Assembly (NCBI GenBank): GCA_019058365.1
Contig: JAHPZE010000001.1
Coordinates: 32,001 to 96,000, forward strand
DNA: 64,000 bases
Origin: Promethearchaeota archaeon
GTDB lineage: Archaea; Asgardarchaeota; Lokiarchaeia; Sigyniarchaeales; SOKP01
Reading direction: 5' to 3'
Both the position numbers and the translations under genes were made by a program. A model generated the notes under the pieces. The model did no database searches and was not told the origin of the DNA. It saw only the letters and a program-made list of their open reading frames with translations. Positions 9,619 through 20,500 of this stretch are shown in pieces (position 1 is the first letter of the stretch; each line of letters opens with the position of its first letter).

Positions 9619-11289
9619 TTGAAAACAATGGATTCAGATTTATTTACATTTATTGTTGGCGGTAAAGCTGGAGAAGGGGTAAAAAAAGCAGGCTCTGTTG
9701 CTGCTCATATATTTTCAAGCATGGGGCGACATGTATTTCAAATGGATGATTATATGAGTTTAATAAGGGGTGGACATAACTTTTCGGTTGTAAGTACAAC
9801 ACCAAGATGGATAAGTAGTCATTATATGAAAGCAAATCTTGTGGTAAATTTTGACAAAAGAAGCTGTGAAACACATACCAATGATATTGCAGAAAATGGG
9901 ATTATGGTTTATGATTCAGACGAACAAGAACTTGAGAATGGTATTGGTATCCCCTTAACAAATGAAGCAGAAAAATATCCAATGAAAAAATTGATGTTAG
10001 GTGTTGGTGCGGTAGCAATATTAGCAGCAACAATTGGATTTGAAGGAGAAGAAATGAATCAAATTATTAAAGAGGAATATCCAACAGGAATTGAAGAAAA
10101 TATCGCCTTTGCAGATACAATTTATAATATGGTATACCCTTATTGTGGAAAGAAATTTACCTTAGAGAATGGTGACAAAAAGAGACCAATTATCACAGGA
10201 AATGAAGCAATCAGCTTAGGAGCAATTGCTGGGGGTTTAAACGTTTACTATGGATATCCTATGACTCCTGCATCATCAATTTTACACTTTCTTGCTCAAC
10301 AAGCTGAAAATTTTGGCTTAGCTGTGGTTCATGCTGAAAGTGAAATAGCAGTTATTAATATGGCAATTGGTTCAGCTTTTACAGGAGCAAGAGCAATGGT
10401 TGGGACAAGCGGTGGAGGATTTGCACTTATGACAGAAGGATTTTCTTTAGCAGGTATCATAGAAGCCCCAATATTAGTTGTATTATCTCAAAGACCTGGA
10501 CCTGCTACAGGAGTTCCCACTTATACAGAACAAGCTGATTTAGCTTTTGCTTTATCTGCAGGTCATGGAGATTTCTTAAGAATAGTTGCCTCCCCTAGAA
10601 CCGTTAGAGAGGCATATTTTCTAACTGCCGAAATGTTAGATTTGGTATGGAAATTTCAGACTCCAGGGATATTACTTACTGAAAAACATCTCTCAGAAAG
10701 TAGTATGACAGTCGAAATTGATTTAGAAAAGGCGAAATGGGCTGAGCCTAAAATGCATGAAAATGGTGAGTATAAACGATATTTAGATACTGACAATGGA
10801 ATTTCACCTATGGTGTTTCCCCCGTCAAAAAAAGTAATTAAATGGAATAGTTATGAACATGATGAATTTGGGATAACAACAGAAAATGCTGAAAAGATAT
10901 CTTTCATGCATGATAAAAGAAATAAAAAGTTGGAAGCACTTATAAAATATTTAAAGGGACAAGATACTGTTAGAATAATTCGTGGGGAAAATCCTACTAA
11001 TATTTTCACATATGGTTCATCATACATGAGTGTTTTAGAGGCTCTCAAGTATGGAAGAATTAATCCTACCATTATTGCACCAATATATTTAAGTCCTTTA
11101 CCTATTTGGGAATTGGAAGAATTCAAAGATCAAGAGAATATAGTTATAGAACAGAGTTCTACAGGGCAGTTTACTAAGCTACTAAACGAAAAAGCAGGAT
11201 TAAAGGTAAGAAACACAATTAAACAGTATGATGGACGTCCATTTGATCCAGTTGAATTATCAAAAAAAATAAAGGAGGTGCTTCAATAA
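9619..11289 (+). CDS. korA: 2-oxoacid:ferredoxin oxidoreductase alpha subunit (gamma-alpha fusion)
   Basis: GGKAGEG, SLIRGGHN, GYPMTPAS, TSGGGF, QRPGPATGVPT. Confidence 0.93.
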   Translation: MKTMDSDLFTFIVGGKAGEGVKKAGSVAAHIFSSMGRHVFQMDDYMSLIRGGHNFSVVSTTPRWISSHYMKANLVVNFDKRSCETHTNDIAENGIMVYDSDEQELENGIGIPLTNEAEKYPMKKLMLGVGAVAILAATIGFEGEEMNQIIKEEYPTGIEENIAFADTIYNMVYPYCGKKFTLENGDKKRPIITGNEAISLGAIAGGLNVYYGYPMTPASSILHFLAQQAENFGLAVVHAESEIAVINMAIGSAFTGARAMVGTSGGGFALMTEGFSLAGIIEAPILVVLSQRPGPATGVPTYTEQADLAFALSAGHGDFLRIVASPRTVREAYFLTAEMLDLVWKFQTPGILLTEKHLSESSMTVEIDLEKAKWAEPKMHENGEYKRYLDTDNGISPMVFPPSKKVIKWNSYEHDEFGITTENAEKISFMHDKRNKKLEALIKYLKGQDTVRIIRGENPTNIFTYGSSYMSVLEALKYGRINPTIIAPIYLSPLPIWELEEFKDQENIVIEQSSTGQFTKLLNEKAGLKVRNTIKQYDGRPFDPVELSKKIKEVLQ

Positions 11290-11290
11290 G

Positions 11291-12130
11291 ATGGAAGATC
11301 TTAAAACTTATGCTGAAATTACATGGTGTCCAGGATGTGGAAATTTTGGAATTTTTACTGCGATAAGAAATGCAATCCCTCTATTAGAGCAAAAAGATAT
11401 CAAAAGAGAGAGTATAGTTATGACTGCTGGAATAGGGTGTCATGCAAAAATTTTTGATTATCTTAATTTAAGTGGAATTTATGGATTGCATGGACGTAAT
11501 TGTTCAAATTCTGAAGGTATCAAAATAGCAAATCCCGATTTAAAAGTAATTAACTTTTCGGGAGACGCAAATGGATTAGCGGAAGGTTTGGCACATACTA
11601 TGTTCGCAGCAAAAAGGAACCAAGATATAATGTTTATTTTACATAATAATAGCGTGTATGCTCTTACAACAGGCCAATTCTCTCCTTCAGCAGAAAAAGG
11701 TTGGAAGGGCCCCTCTACTCCCAGAGGTAGCTACGAAGAACCATTTAACCCCATATCGTTGATGATTGAAGCAGGTGCTACTTTTGTTGCAAGAGGTTTT
11801 TCTGGAGATATTAAACATCTCACTGATCTTATAGTACAAGGAGTAGAACATGAAGGTTTCACTTTCATAGAAGTCTTGCAACCAGCTGTTCCCTACCATA
11901 CTTGGGCTGAATACAGAGAACAAATTGAATATCTCAAAAAAGAACCAGATACACAGTTCGAAGCTATTAAAGCTGCTAAAGAGAAACATAAGTTTACAAT
12001 AGGAGTATTTTATAGAACGACAAGACCACTTTATCATAAAGAGTTATATGGAGATCACAACCCTATTACTAAAAGGCTGTCGAGAGATGAAAGATTATAT
12101 AAAATTCGCAAAATACTTGAATCTAAATAA
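11291..12130 (+). CDS. korB: 2-oxoacid:ferredoxin oxidoreductase beta subunit
   Basis: WCPGCGNFG, GIGC, SGD...NNSVYALTTGQFSP TPP-binding motif. Confidence 0.93.
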   Translation: MEDLKTYAEITWCPGCGNFGIFTAIRNAIPLLEQKDIKRESIVMTAGIGCHAKIFDYLNLSGIYGLHGRNCSNSEGIKIANPDLKVINFSGDANGLAEGLAHTMFAAKRNQDIMFILHNNSVYALTTGQFSPSAEKGWKGPSTPRGSYEEPFNPISLMIEAGATFVARGFSGDIKHLTDLIVQGVEHEGFTFIEVLQPAVPYHTWAEYREQIEYLKKEPDTQFEAIKAAKEKHKFTIGVFYRTTRPLYHKELYGDHNPITKRLSRDERLYKIRKILESK

Positions 12131-12162
12131 AGAAATTTATGGATTTTGAAAATATTGAGTAT

Positions 12163-12480
12163 TCAGTTTAATTTATCGTTATTTTTTTCAATTTCTTTAA
12201 GGATTTTTGAATAAAGAGCAGAGGATATCCTCAAAGTAGTATTTTCTACGAGATTATGAAGAAAATTTTTACACTTTTCTACATTAATAAATTTTAAGCG
12301 CGTTGCTTTGATAAGGGCACCTATAGGACCAGTGACTTTTAAGCCTAATGTCCTAGCAATCTCCCATGCTGCTAAATCATCAATATTAATAACACTTTCA
12401 CCAGTATTATCTTGAAATTTCTTTGCAAAGGCTAATACAGATGCTTCTCCAGCACTAATATGTAATTCAATGATATTAAC
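12163..12480 (-). pseudogene. 3' fragment of PIN-like (DUF3368-type) gene
   Basis: GEASVLAFA...IDDLAAWEIARTLGLKVTGPIGALIKA...LRIS; N-terminal half absent. Confidence 0.65.
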
Positions 12481-12714
12481 AATAAAATTCGATATGCTTT
12501 CAATAAAGTGGAAGACATAAGCGCATCTGCAGAAGGACAAACTGCTTCTATGGAAAAGATTACCTCTACGGCGCATAAATTGAGGGTAAAAGCAGAGGAA
12601 TTAATGAGATTATTAAATGCAAAAGAAACCTCTGTTGTAAAAAAGAAAATGTTCAAATCTAAGAAAATAAAATTGAAAAAAAAAAGAGATATAAATGAAA
12701 ATGATGATAATTAA
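12480..12714 (+). pseudogene. 3' fragment of methyl-accepting chemotaxis protein
   Basis: VEDISASAEGQTASMEKITSTAHKL matches the MCP C-terminal methylation helix; no upstream body. Confidence 0.7.
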
Positions 12715-12775
12715 TACTTTCTTAGAAGAGCTTCCCGAAAGTTTCAAATTACTTTTTTTTCCTTAATTTCCCCTT

Positions 12776-12847
12776 ATATTTAGGAGTAAAAGGAAATTCT
12801 TGTAAATTTTCGTATCAGTTTTTAGGCGTTCTTAACTTTTTAAGCAT
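12776..12847 (-). pseudogene. 5' fragment of haloalkane dehalogenase-like gene
   Basis: MLKKLRTPKN*YENLQEFPFTPKY resembles the LRTPxxRFxNLxxFPFxPxY N-terminus. Confidence 0.55.
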
Positions 12848-12884
12848 ATACTTCACTAATGTATTAAATTACCATTCGATAATT

Positions 12885-13817
12885 TTATTTATTGCCACTC
12901 TTATTTTTCTGCTCTTCTAAACAGAATTCACATTCCTCAACACCAGCTTTATCACAGACTTTACACATATGCTTGTATCCTATATCCTTACCTGCTCTCC
13001 TTTTTGGTGAAAAAATTATAGAAATTACAAAAATAACACTTATAGTTATGGTGATTGTAGAACCAGATGGTAAGTTAAGGATATAAGATAGATACAGCCC
13101 TACAAAGGATGAAACCGCTCCGAATAGTATTGAAAGTAATAAGATCCGATTTATCTTATAGCTCCATTGGTATGCAGCAGCAGCAGGAGTTGTAATCATT
13201 GCAAAGACCAAGATTGCCCCTATTGCCTTTAAGGAGACTACAATAGCTAATGAAATTAATATAAGAAATATGTAAGAAATAAACCTTACAGGTAACCCTG
13301 TTGCACTGGCCATTTCATCATCGAAAGTTATAAAAAATAGTTCCTTTTTCATGAAAAAAATGATCATAATGATTATGATACTAATAGAGATTAATAACAG
13401 TAAATCTTCAGTTGTGACTATCAAAACATTTCCAAATAGAATAGCAGTAACAGCAGCATTATATGTTTTAATCAAACTTATAAATAATACTGCTAGAGCC
13501 ATTGTTAGAGAAAAAATAATCCCTACAGCAACATTATTATCCTCTATATAACCCTTCTCATTTATGAAACCAATTGTCATTGCTGCCCCAGTACTAAAAA
13601 GGAAGATTGTAACAAACGGATTTATTCCCAAGAGTATTCCCAAAGCTCCTCCTGCAAATGAAGAATGTGCAATTCCTGCTCCCATAAAAACTAAACCTCG
13701 TAGTATTATAAAAACACCCACAAGACCGCAAATAATTCCTACTATTATTGATGTGATCAACGCACGTTGGAGGAATGTATACTTTAATAAAACTTCGAAA
13801 AAATTTTCAAATAACAT
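12885..13817 (-). CDS. znuB: Zn/Mn ABC transporter permease (ZnuB-like)
   Basis: GIAHSSFAG, ILFGNVL, FDDEMA..GL, GAILVFAMITTPAAAA, LPSG. Confidence 0.9.
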   Translation of the reverse strand: MLFENFFEVLLKYTFLQRALITSIIVGIICGLVGVFIILRGLVFMGAGIAHSSFAGGALGILLGINPFVTIFLFSTGAAMTIGFINEKGYIEDNNVAVGIIFSLTMALAVLFISLIKTYNAAVTAILFGNVLIVTTEDLLLLISISIIIIMIIFFMKKELFFITFDDEMASATGLPVRFISYIFLILISLAIVVSLKAIGAILVFAMITTPAAAAYQWSYKINRILLLSILFGAVSSFVGLYLSYILNLPSGSTITITISVIFVISIIFSPKRRAGKDIGYKHMCKVCDKAGVEECEFCLEEQKNKSGNK

Positions 13818-13920
13818 GATAAATCTATACTTTTCTAATAATATTTTGAATAAAATTATGGAAAACTCCTTTAAATTTCTTTTTATAGATTTACTATCTA
13901 AAAGTTTAAATTAAATTATA

Positions 13921-13950
13921 TACGAATGATCGTAGATACGAACCATCATA
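13921..13950. promoter_or_regulatory. Tandem palindromic operator candidate
   Basis: TACGA-ATGA-TCGTA-GA-TACGA-ACCA-TCATA between divergent znuB and znuA. Confidence 0.55.
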
Positions 13951-13965
13951 AAATTAAGAATAATT

Positions 13966-15027
13966 TTGATTATGAAAAATATGAAAAACATGAAAAGAAG
14001 TAAAAGAGTAGCATTTGTTATCTTTTTCATCTTTTTATTAGTAGTAAGTATTAGATTAAATACATATCAAATAAATAAGCAAGCTGCCCATCCATTAAAT
14101 TCTTTTAAAGAAGCAAATACTTCACTGAAAATTGTGGCAACAATTACGATAATAGAAGATGCAGTTGAACATATTATTGGACAAGATGTCCCTGTCATTG
14201 TTCCTGGATCAGCAGATCCCCATTCGTACGAGCCAACATCTAATGAAATTTTGGCTCTGGAAAATGCTGATATCATCTTTCGCATGGGACTTGAGGATCT
14301 TGAACCTTGGTGGCGAACTGAATGGGAGGACGCGTATGTTGTTAAATTAATTGATTCAAATATGCTTAGAGTAGACCCTTTACTTGGGTTTGTTAATCCC
14401 CATGTTTGGATGGATCCGAATAATATGAAAAATTTTGCACAAAATATTAATCAGACTCTATGGATTAAAGACCCCTTACTCTCAAATAAGTGGATTTTTT
14501 CAAATAACACTTTGAATTATTTAACTATCCTTGATAACTTATTAATTACAATTCAGAATGCCAAAATCACTTTTAATGGAATGAAAGTTGTTGTTAATCA
14601 TCCCGCTTATTTCTATTTGTTCCAAGAAAATCTTTTAAATTTAACCCGATTAGGAACCATTGAAAAAGGGGAAGATCAAGAACCTTCTGCTATCGAGATC
14701 ACAGATATTATAAAAATAATGAGGGAAGAAGGATGTCATCTTATTGTTACAGATCCCCAACATAGAACTGAGAATGTTTATGAAATAGCTAGAGAAACGC
14801 AATCCAAAATTGCCTTACTCACTCCCCTTTTGAATGTAGAAGTCAATTGGAATAAAGAACAGGTATTAATCTCAAATTATACCCAGATGATCGAGTATGA
14901 TATATGGGCATTAAGCAATCCAATCAATCCACCAAATTTAATAGATATAATAGGAATTATCGTTACTTTTGGGTTAATAATAATTGCACTCTTAATTTTA
15001 TTTTTTTACATAAGGAGGAGAAAATAA
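13966..15027 (+). CDS. znuA: Zn/Mn ABC transporter substrate-binding protein (ZnuA/TroA-like), N- and C-terminal TM anchors
   Basis: DPHSYEP, NPHVWMDP, HPAYFY; real start probably one of the ATGs at 13972-13990. Confidence 0.9.
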   Translation: MIMKNMKNMKRSKRVAFVIFFIFLLVVSIRLNTYQINKQAAHPLNSFKEANTSLKIVATITIIEDAVEHIIGQDVPVIVPGSADPHSYEPTSNEILALENADIIFRMGLEDLEPWWRTEWEDAYVVKLIDSNMLRVDPLLGFVNPHVWMDPNNMKNFAQNINQTLWIKDPLLSNKWIFSNNTLNYLTILDNLLITIQNAKITFNGMKVVVNHPAYFYLFQENLLNLTRLGTIEKGEDQEPSAIEITDIIKIMREEGCHLIVTDPQHRTENVYEIARETQSKIALLTPLLNVEVNWNKEQVLISNYTQMIEYDIWALSNPINPPNLIDIIGIIVTFGLIIIALLILFFYIRRRK

Positions 15028-15066
15028 GTTTAAATCAGCTTTTAAATAAATAAAGGAGGCTATTAA

Positions 15067-15780
15067 ATGGAACCAGTTATAAGTTTTGAAAATGTTTTTG
15101 TTAAATATCAGAATATAATTGCTTTAAGGAACATTAACATCAATATTTATCAAGGAGATTATATTGGCATTTTTGGTCCAAATGGTTCGGGAAAAACTAC
15201 TTTTCTGAAGACTATAATAGGACTTGTTAAACCAGACAACGGGAAGATTACAGTATTAGGCTCTGAAGACATCAAAAAAGTACGGACAAATGTTGGATAT
15301 GTTCCTCAAAATATTTCGGTTAAAAAAACCTTTCCAGCAACAGTATTAGAAGTAGTGGAAATGGGATTATTTGGCAAAATTGGATTTATGAAGCCCTTAA
15401 AACCCGAAGATAAAAAGCAAGCAGAAGAAGCACTTCACATGGTTCACCTTGAAACGTATAAGAATCGTCCCATTGGACATTTATCTGGAGGAGAACTTCA
15501 GAAAGTAATGGTCGCCAGGGCAATCGCCTCAAAACCCAATATTTTACTCCTTGATGAACCCACTAGTGCTTTAGATTTTATGATGGTAAAAGACTTGATG
15601 AAATTATTGGTCGAACTAAATAATAAACTCAATATCACTATTATTGCAATTAATCATCATCTTGATTTGTTGCAACCATATTGTACTAGGTTATTACTTA
15701 TGGATGGAACTATAATATATGATGGAAAGCCAGATAACAATGAAATAGATGATATAATTAAACAAATTTTTAGTTTTTAA
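15067..15780 (+). CDS. znuC: Zn/Mn ABC transporter ATPase (ZnuC-like)
   Basis: GPNGSGKTT, GYVPQ, LSGGE, LLLDEP; GGAGG RBS. Confidence 0.92.
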   Translation: MEPVISFENVFVKYQNIIALRNININIYQGDYIGIFGPNGSGKTTFLKTIIGLVKPDNGKITVLGSEDIKKVRTNVGYVPQNISVKKTFPATVLEVVEMGLFGKIGFMKPLKPEDKKQAEEALHMVHLETYKNRPIGHLSGGELQKVMVARAIASKPNILLLDEPTSALDFMMVKDLMKLLVELNNKLNITIIAINHHLDLLQPYCTRLLLMDGTIIYDGKPDNNEIDDIIKQIFSF

Positions 15781-15805
15781 ATTAAGTGTAGATTAAGGTT
15801 ATGAA

Positions 15806-16231
15806 TTGATGATAGATTTAGACTATAAAGTATTAAAATTTTTGTATAACATCAAAAAGCCCATCAAGATAAGTCAAATGGCTCGCAAGCTTGAAATAAA
15901 ACATAGCACACTCGGTAGTTGTGTAAAAAGGCTAAAAGCGAATGGATATGTTAATTATGAACCTTTTTACGAAGTAATTTTAACCAATAAAGGTATAGAT
16001 GTTGCAAGAGAATTATTAAGACACGAATGCTTGCTTGAATTACTTTTCTTTAACGAATTAGGAATGACAGCGGAAGAAGCTCATGCTGAAAGCGCAAAAT
16101 TTAATCTTTTAATATCGTGTAATACGATAAATAAGATATGCGAAAAGTATGGGCATCCAAAAAAATGCCCTTGCGGAGACGAAATAATTAATTCGAAAAA
16201 TTGCTCTTGCGAGCTTGAGTTCAAAACCTAA
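15806..16231 (+). CDS. DtxR/MntR-family metal-dependent regulator
   Basis: HTH, GYVNYEP, LTNKG...A..LLRH, GHPKKCPCG. Confidence 0.88.
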   Translation: MMIDLDYKVLKFLYNIKKPIKISQMARKLEIKHSTLGSCVKRLKANGYVNYEPFYEVILTNKGIDVARELLRHECLLELLFFNELGMTAEEAHAESAKFNLLISCNTINKICEKYGHPKKCPCGDEIINSKNCSCELEFKT

Positions 16232-16407
16232 CATTATAACTAAAATAAATACCCTATCTAAATCTCAACCAATTGGAAAAAATTATAGAACTTTTAGTTT
16301 CCATGTTTATTCATTTAATTAAAAATTACATTGATGATTTTATCAAATTTATCAATAATAATAAAAATAAGAATGATTGAAAAATAGAAAAAGTAAAGTT
16401 GTAGAAA

Positions 16408-17061
16408 ATGGAAAAACAAAAAACCATTGAGACTGAAAATTTAAAAAAGTACATTAAAAAGTTAGGAATTGATGTTCATGGTATTGCTGATATGCAACTT
16501 TTAACGGAAATGGAAACCAGTCTTCCCACAGATGTAAAAAGCTTCGTAAATATGTTTCTTTATGCTATTTTATTAGGGGCTCAATGTGGAAAGTTAGGGA
16601 AAAAAAGCTTCTGGAAACGACACCTCATTAATTTTAGAAGATACTACCTTTTCTATAATGAATTATTTAGAAGGTAAGGGGTATAGGCAACTTATTATTC
16701 ATAAGGAAGATGAGTTTGATCCTATTAAACGATTATAATTTATATCTCTTAAAATCTTTAGCAAAAACAGCTGGTCTTGGCTGCAAGGTAGGTTAATATT
16801 AATTATTTCTCCGAAATACGGTTCTCTACATCGCTTAATAGCAATTTTAACAGACATGCCACTTTAAGTAAATCAAACAATTAAAAGTGAATGTGGTAAT
16901 TGCCGAAAATATATAACGTGTGTCCTAAGCAAGCACTTACTTTTGTTGCCTTTAACGATCATCCCACATGTAGGGAGGATGTTTTAGATATTAAGATTTG
17001 TTTAGGAGATAATGGATGTCTGTCATGTATTTTATCCTGTCATTGGTTAAAAAAGTCGTAA
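16408..17061 (+). pseudogene. Epoxyqueuosine reductase-like Fe-S protein, frameshifted
   Basis: LGIDVHGIAD start; later pieces AKTAGLG, ISPKYGSLHRL..ILTDMPL, CGNC, CPKQAL, CLSCILSC in shifting frames with stops. Confidence 0.75.
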
Positions 17062-17067
17062 TATTTC

Positions 17068-17229
17068 AAAGCTGCCAATTAAAAATATAAATTTATAACT
17101 GGAGTATTTTATAGAACTTCGAAAATAGTTTATTATGAAGAGTTATATGGAGATCATAACCCAGTATTAAAAAAGATATCTAGATTGAAGAGGTTAGAAA
17201 TAATTATAGACATTCTTAAGATTAAATGA
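17068..17229 (+). pseudogene. Orphan diverged copy of korB 3' end
   Basis: KAAN*KYKFITGVFYRTSKIVYYEELYGDHNPVLKKISR...ILKIK*, colinear with 11969-12130. Confidence 0.9.
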
Positions 17230-17514
17230 ACAAATAAAGTCATATTAATTAGTTTTTTATCATGTGACTTAACTTCCGTCCCTCTTTATATATTAGAATA
17301 ATTAAAAATCTAATCAAACAAAAATAAAAAAAAGTAGGGTTATTTTTAATGGAATTGGATTTTAATATTAAGGTAATTTCTAAAAGTGCAACTCATTTCG
17401 AGGTTTAAAATAAAATCAAGAATTATGAAAATTTCTCAAAAAATTTATATACTAAATCTTGTACTTTTGTTTTAGATTTTAAATTTAAATTGGTATAAAA
17501 ATCCTTCCAGAAAA

Positions 17515-20500
17515 ATGTTTGAAGAAAAGAGAGAACTGAACGAGAAGGATAAGGAGGAGAGCTTTATTACAAAGGTATCAGATGGTCTGGAATTCCCAAT
17601 TATTGGTATTGGCGCATCTGCGGGAGGTTTAGAAGCATTTGAGCAATTTTTTACAAATATGCCTTCAGATACTGGAATGGCTTTTGTTTTAGTAACTCAT
17701 TTAGATCCTACTCATAAAAGTATTTTGAGTGATTTAATAAAGAGATATACTCAAATGACAGTTGTTCAAGCAGAAGACAAAGAGTATATTAAGCCTAATT
17801 GGGCATATATAATACCTCCTAATCAAAATATAACTATAAAAGAAGGTAAACTCCATCTCACTGAACGTTCAGAATTTAGGGGTAGGAGATTGCCGATAGA
17901 TGAGTTTTTCCGCTCTTTGGCTGAAGAAAAGCAAGAAAAAAGTATAGGTATTGTGCTATCTGGAACTGGAACAGATGCAACCCTTGGGTTAAGGGAAATA
18001 AAGGGTGTTGGGGGGATGGTAATGGTTCAAGACCCCAAAACAGCTAAATACGATGGAATGCCAAGAAGTGCAATAGACAATGTTATAGTTGATTTTATTT
18101 TATCTCCAAATGATATGCCTGAATATCTAATAAAATATGTCAAACATTTACCCTCGGATATCGAACAATTAGAAGCACCTATAAAAATTAAAGATACAAT
18201 AGAAGAAATATTTACTCTCTTGCACAACAAAGTTGGACATGATTTTTCTGCTTATAAATTAAACACGCTTTTTCGACGAATTGAAAGACGTATGACTGTA
18301 TGTCATATTACTCAATATAAAGATTATATACAATATTTAAAGGATTATCCAGAGGAAATAGATAACCTTTTTCGAGAACTTTTAATTGGAGTTACTAATT
18401 TTTTCCGAGACAAAGAAGCATTTAAATCTTTCAACGAACAAGCTATCCCAAAGCTTTTTGAAAATAAAAATCTTAAAGATGCTGTTCGTATTTGGATCCT
18501 TGGCTGTTCAACTGGAGAAGAGGCTTATTCAATCGCAATGCTATTAAAAGAAAAAATGGATTTGCTAAAGAAAGAAATTAAAATCCAGATATTTGCTACT
18601 GATATTGATATTAGGGCTATAGATAAAGCACGACAAGGAATTTTTCCTGATAATATTGTCGTTGATGTTCCTCCTAATTTAATCACTAAATATTTTTCGA
18701 TGGAAAATGGCTTTTATCAAATTAAGAAAAATATTCGAGATATGATTGTATTTGCTGTACAGAATGCTATCACTGATCCTCCATTTTCGAATGTTAATTT
18801 AATTTGTTGTAGAAATCTTTTAATTTATTTAACAGCTGAAATTCAAAAAAAGTTATTATTACTTTTTCATTATTCATTAAACCACAATGGTTATCTCTTT
18901 TTAGGGAATTCAGAATCATTAAATGGTTTTGCCAAATATTTCAATGTAATTGATAAAAAATGGAAAATCTTTCAAAAAAAGGAAGTAAATTTAATAGATA
19001 GAGAATTTCCAAGACCTTTCCCTCCCTTGGTTGATTACAATTATAAACGAAAACCTCTTGAGAAAATAAAGATACCCGAAAAAATTAATTATCGTGATTT
19101 AATAGAACAATTATTAATTGAGAAGTATGCCCCTACGAGTGTTATTATTAACGAAAATTTTAATGTTTTATATATATATGGACATACTTACAAATTTTTA
19201 GAATTACCTTCTGGGGAAATAAACCTAAATATCTTAAATATGGCTCGGGAAAGTTATAAAATAAAATTAATAACGGGATTAAGAAAATTAGCCTTAACTA
19301 AAAAAGAAATACGTTTCGATAATTTAAAAATTGACGAGAATGGAAAGAACTTATTATTTAATATGATTCTTAGCCCAATAGTAAAACCTAAAACTATGGA
19401 AGATTTAATTTTAATTCAATTTGAAGAAATTTACCCTAAAAAAGATGAAAAAGAAAAGATCATAACAGAAAAAACTGAAGATATTAGTGAACTGCGTATC
19501 AAACAACTTGAAATGGAATTAAGTTCAACTAAACAGTATTTACAAACTACTATTGAAGAATTAGAAACTTCAAATGAAGAACTGAAATCTACAAATGAGG
19601 AATTACAATCTTCAAATGAAGAACTTCAAAGTACAAACGAAGAATTACAAACATCCAAAGAAGAATTACAATCTATAAATGAGGAATTAGTTACTGTAAA
19701 TACAGAATTAGATGCAAAAATTGTTGAAGTTACTAAAACCAATAATGATATGAACAATTTATTGAGTACAATTAACGTTGGAACTTTATTCTTAGATGAT
19801 AATCTGAATATAAATCGTTTTACTCCTCCGACTTCGAATATTTTTAATTTAATTCAAACTGATATTGGACGACCAATAAGTGATATATCGTCTAATTTAG
19901 AATATAAGGATATTGTGGAGAATGCAAAAAAAGTACTTAAAACCTTAATTCCATTTGAAATAGATGTAAAGAATATCAATAACACTTGGTATACAATGCG
20001 AATAGTTCCTTATCGAACAGCTGATAATAAAATTGAGGGTATTGTAATTTCATTTATAGATATTACCAATCGAAAACTTATGGAAGAAAAATTACGATTG
20101 AATAGTAATATTTTAACACATTTGTCTGAGGGTGTAGCTCTTATAAGAGTTGATGATGGGAAAGTAGTGTATACAAATCCCACATTTGAGGAGATGTTTG
20201 GCTATAAACCTGGTGAAATTATTGGAGAATACGGGTCTATTATAACTGCGCCAACCGATAAGAGTCCTGATGAAATAAATGAAGAAATTATGGGAATCTT
20301 GTTAAAATTAGGAGAATGGCATGGGGAACTTATGAACATAAGGAAGAATGGGACAACATTTTGGTGTTATGTTAATATTTCACTATTCAATGACCCTGAA
20401 TATGGAAAGGTCATTGTTTCAATTCATTCTGACATTACGGAGAAAAAGGAAAAAGATAATGAAATTCAAAATTTAGCAAAATTCCCTTCTGAAGACCCAA

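Noticed and set aside
12163-12576. 137-aa ORF as an intact gene
   Set aside because: Its first roughly 30 codons are the antisense of the MCP fragment; only the distal part is PIN-like.
19550-19715. 21-nt periodic repeats resembling an array
   Set aside because: Coding heptads (EELxSxNEEL) of the CheBR coiled coil; no spacers, not CRISPR.
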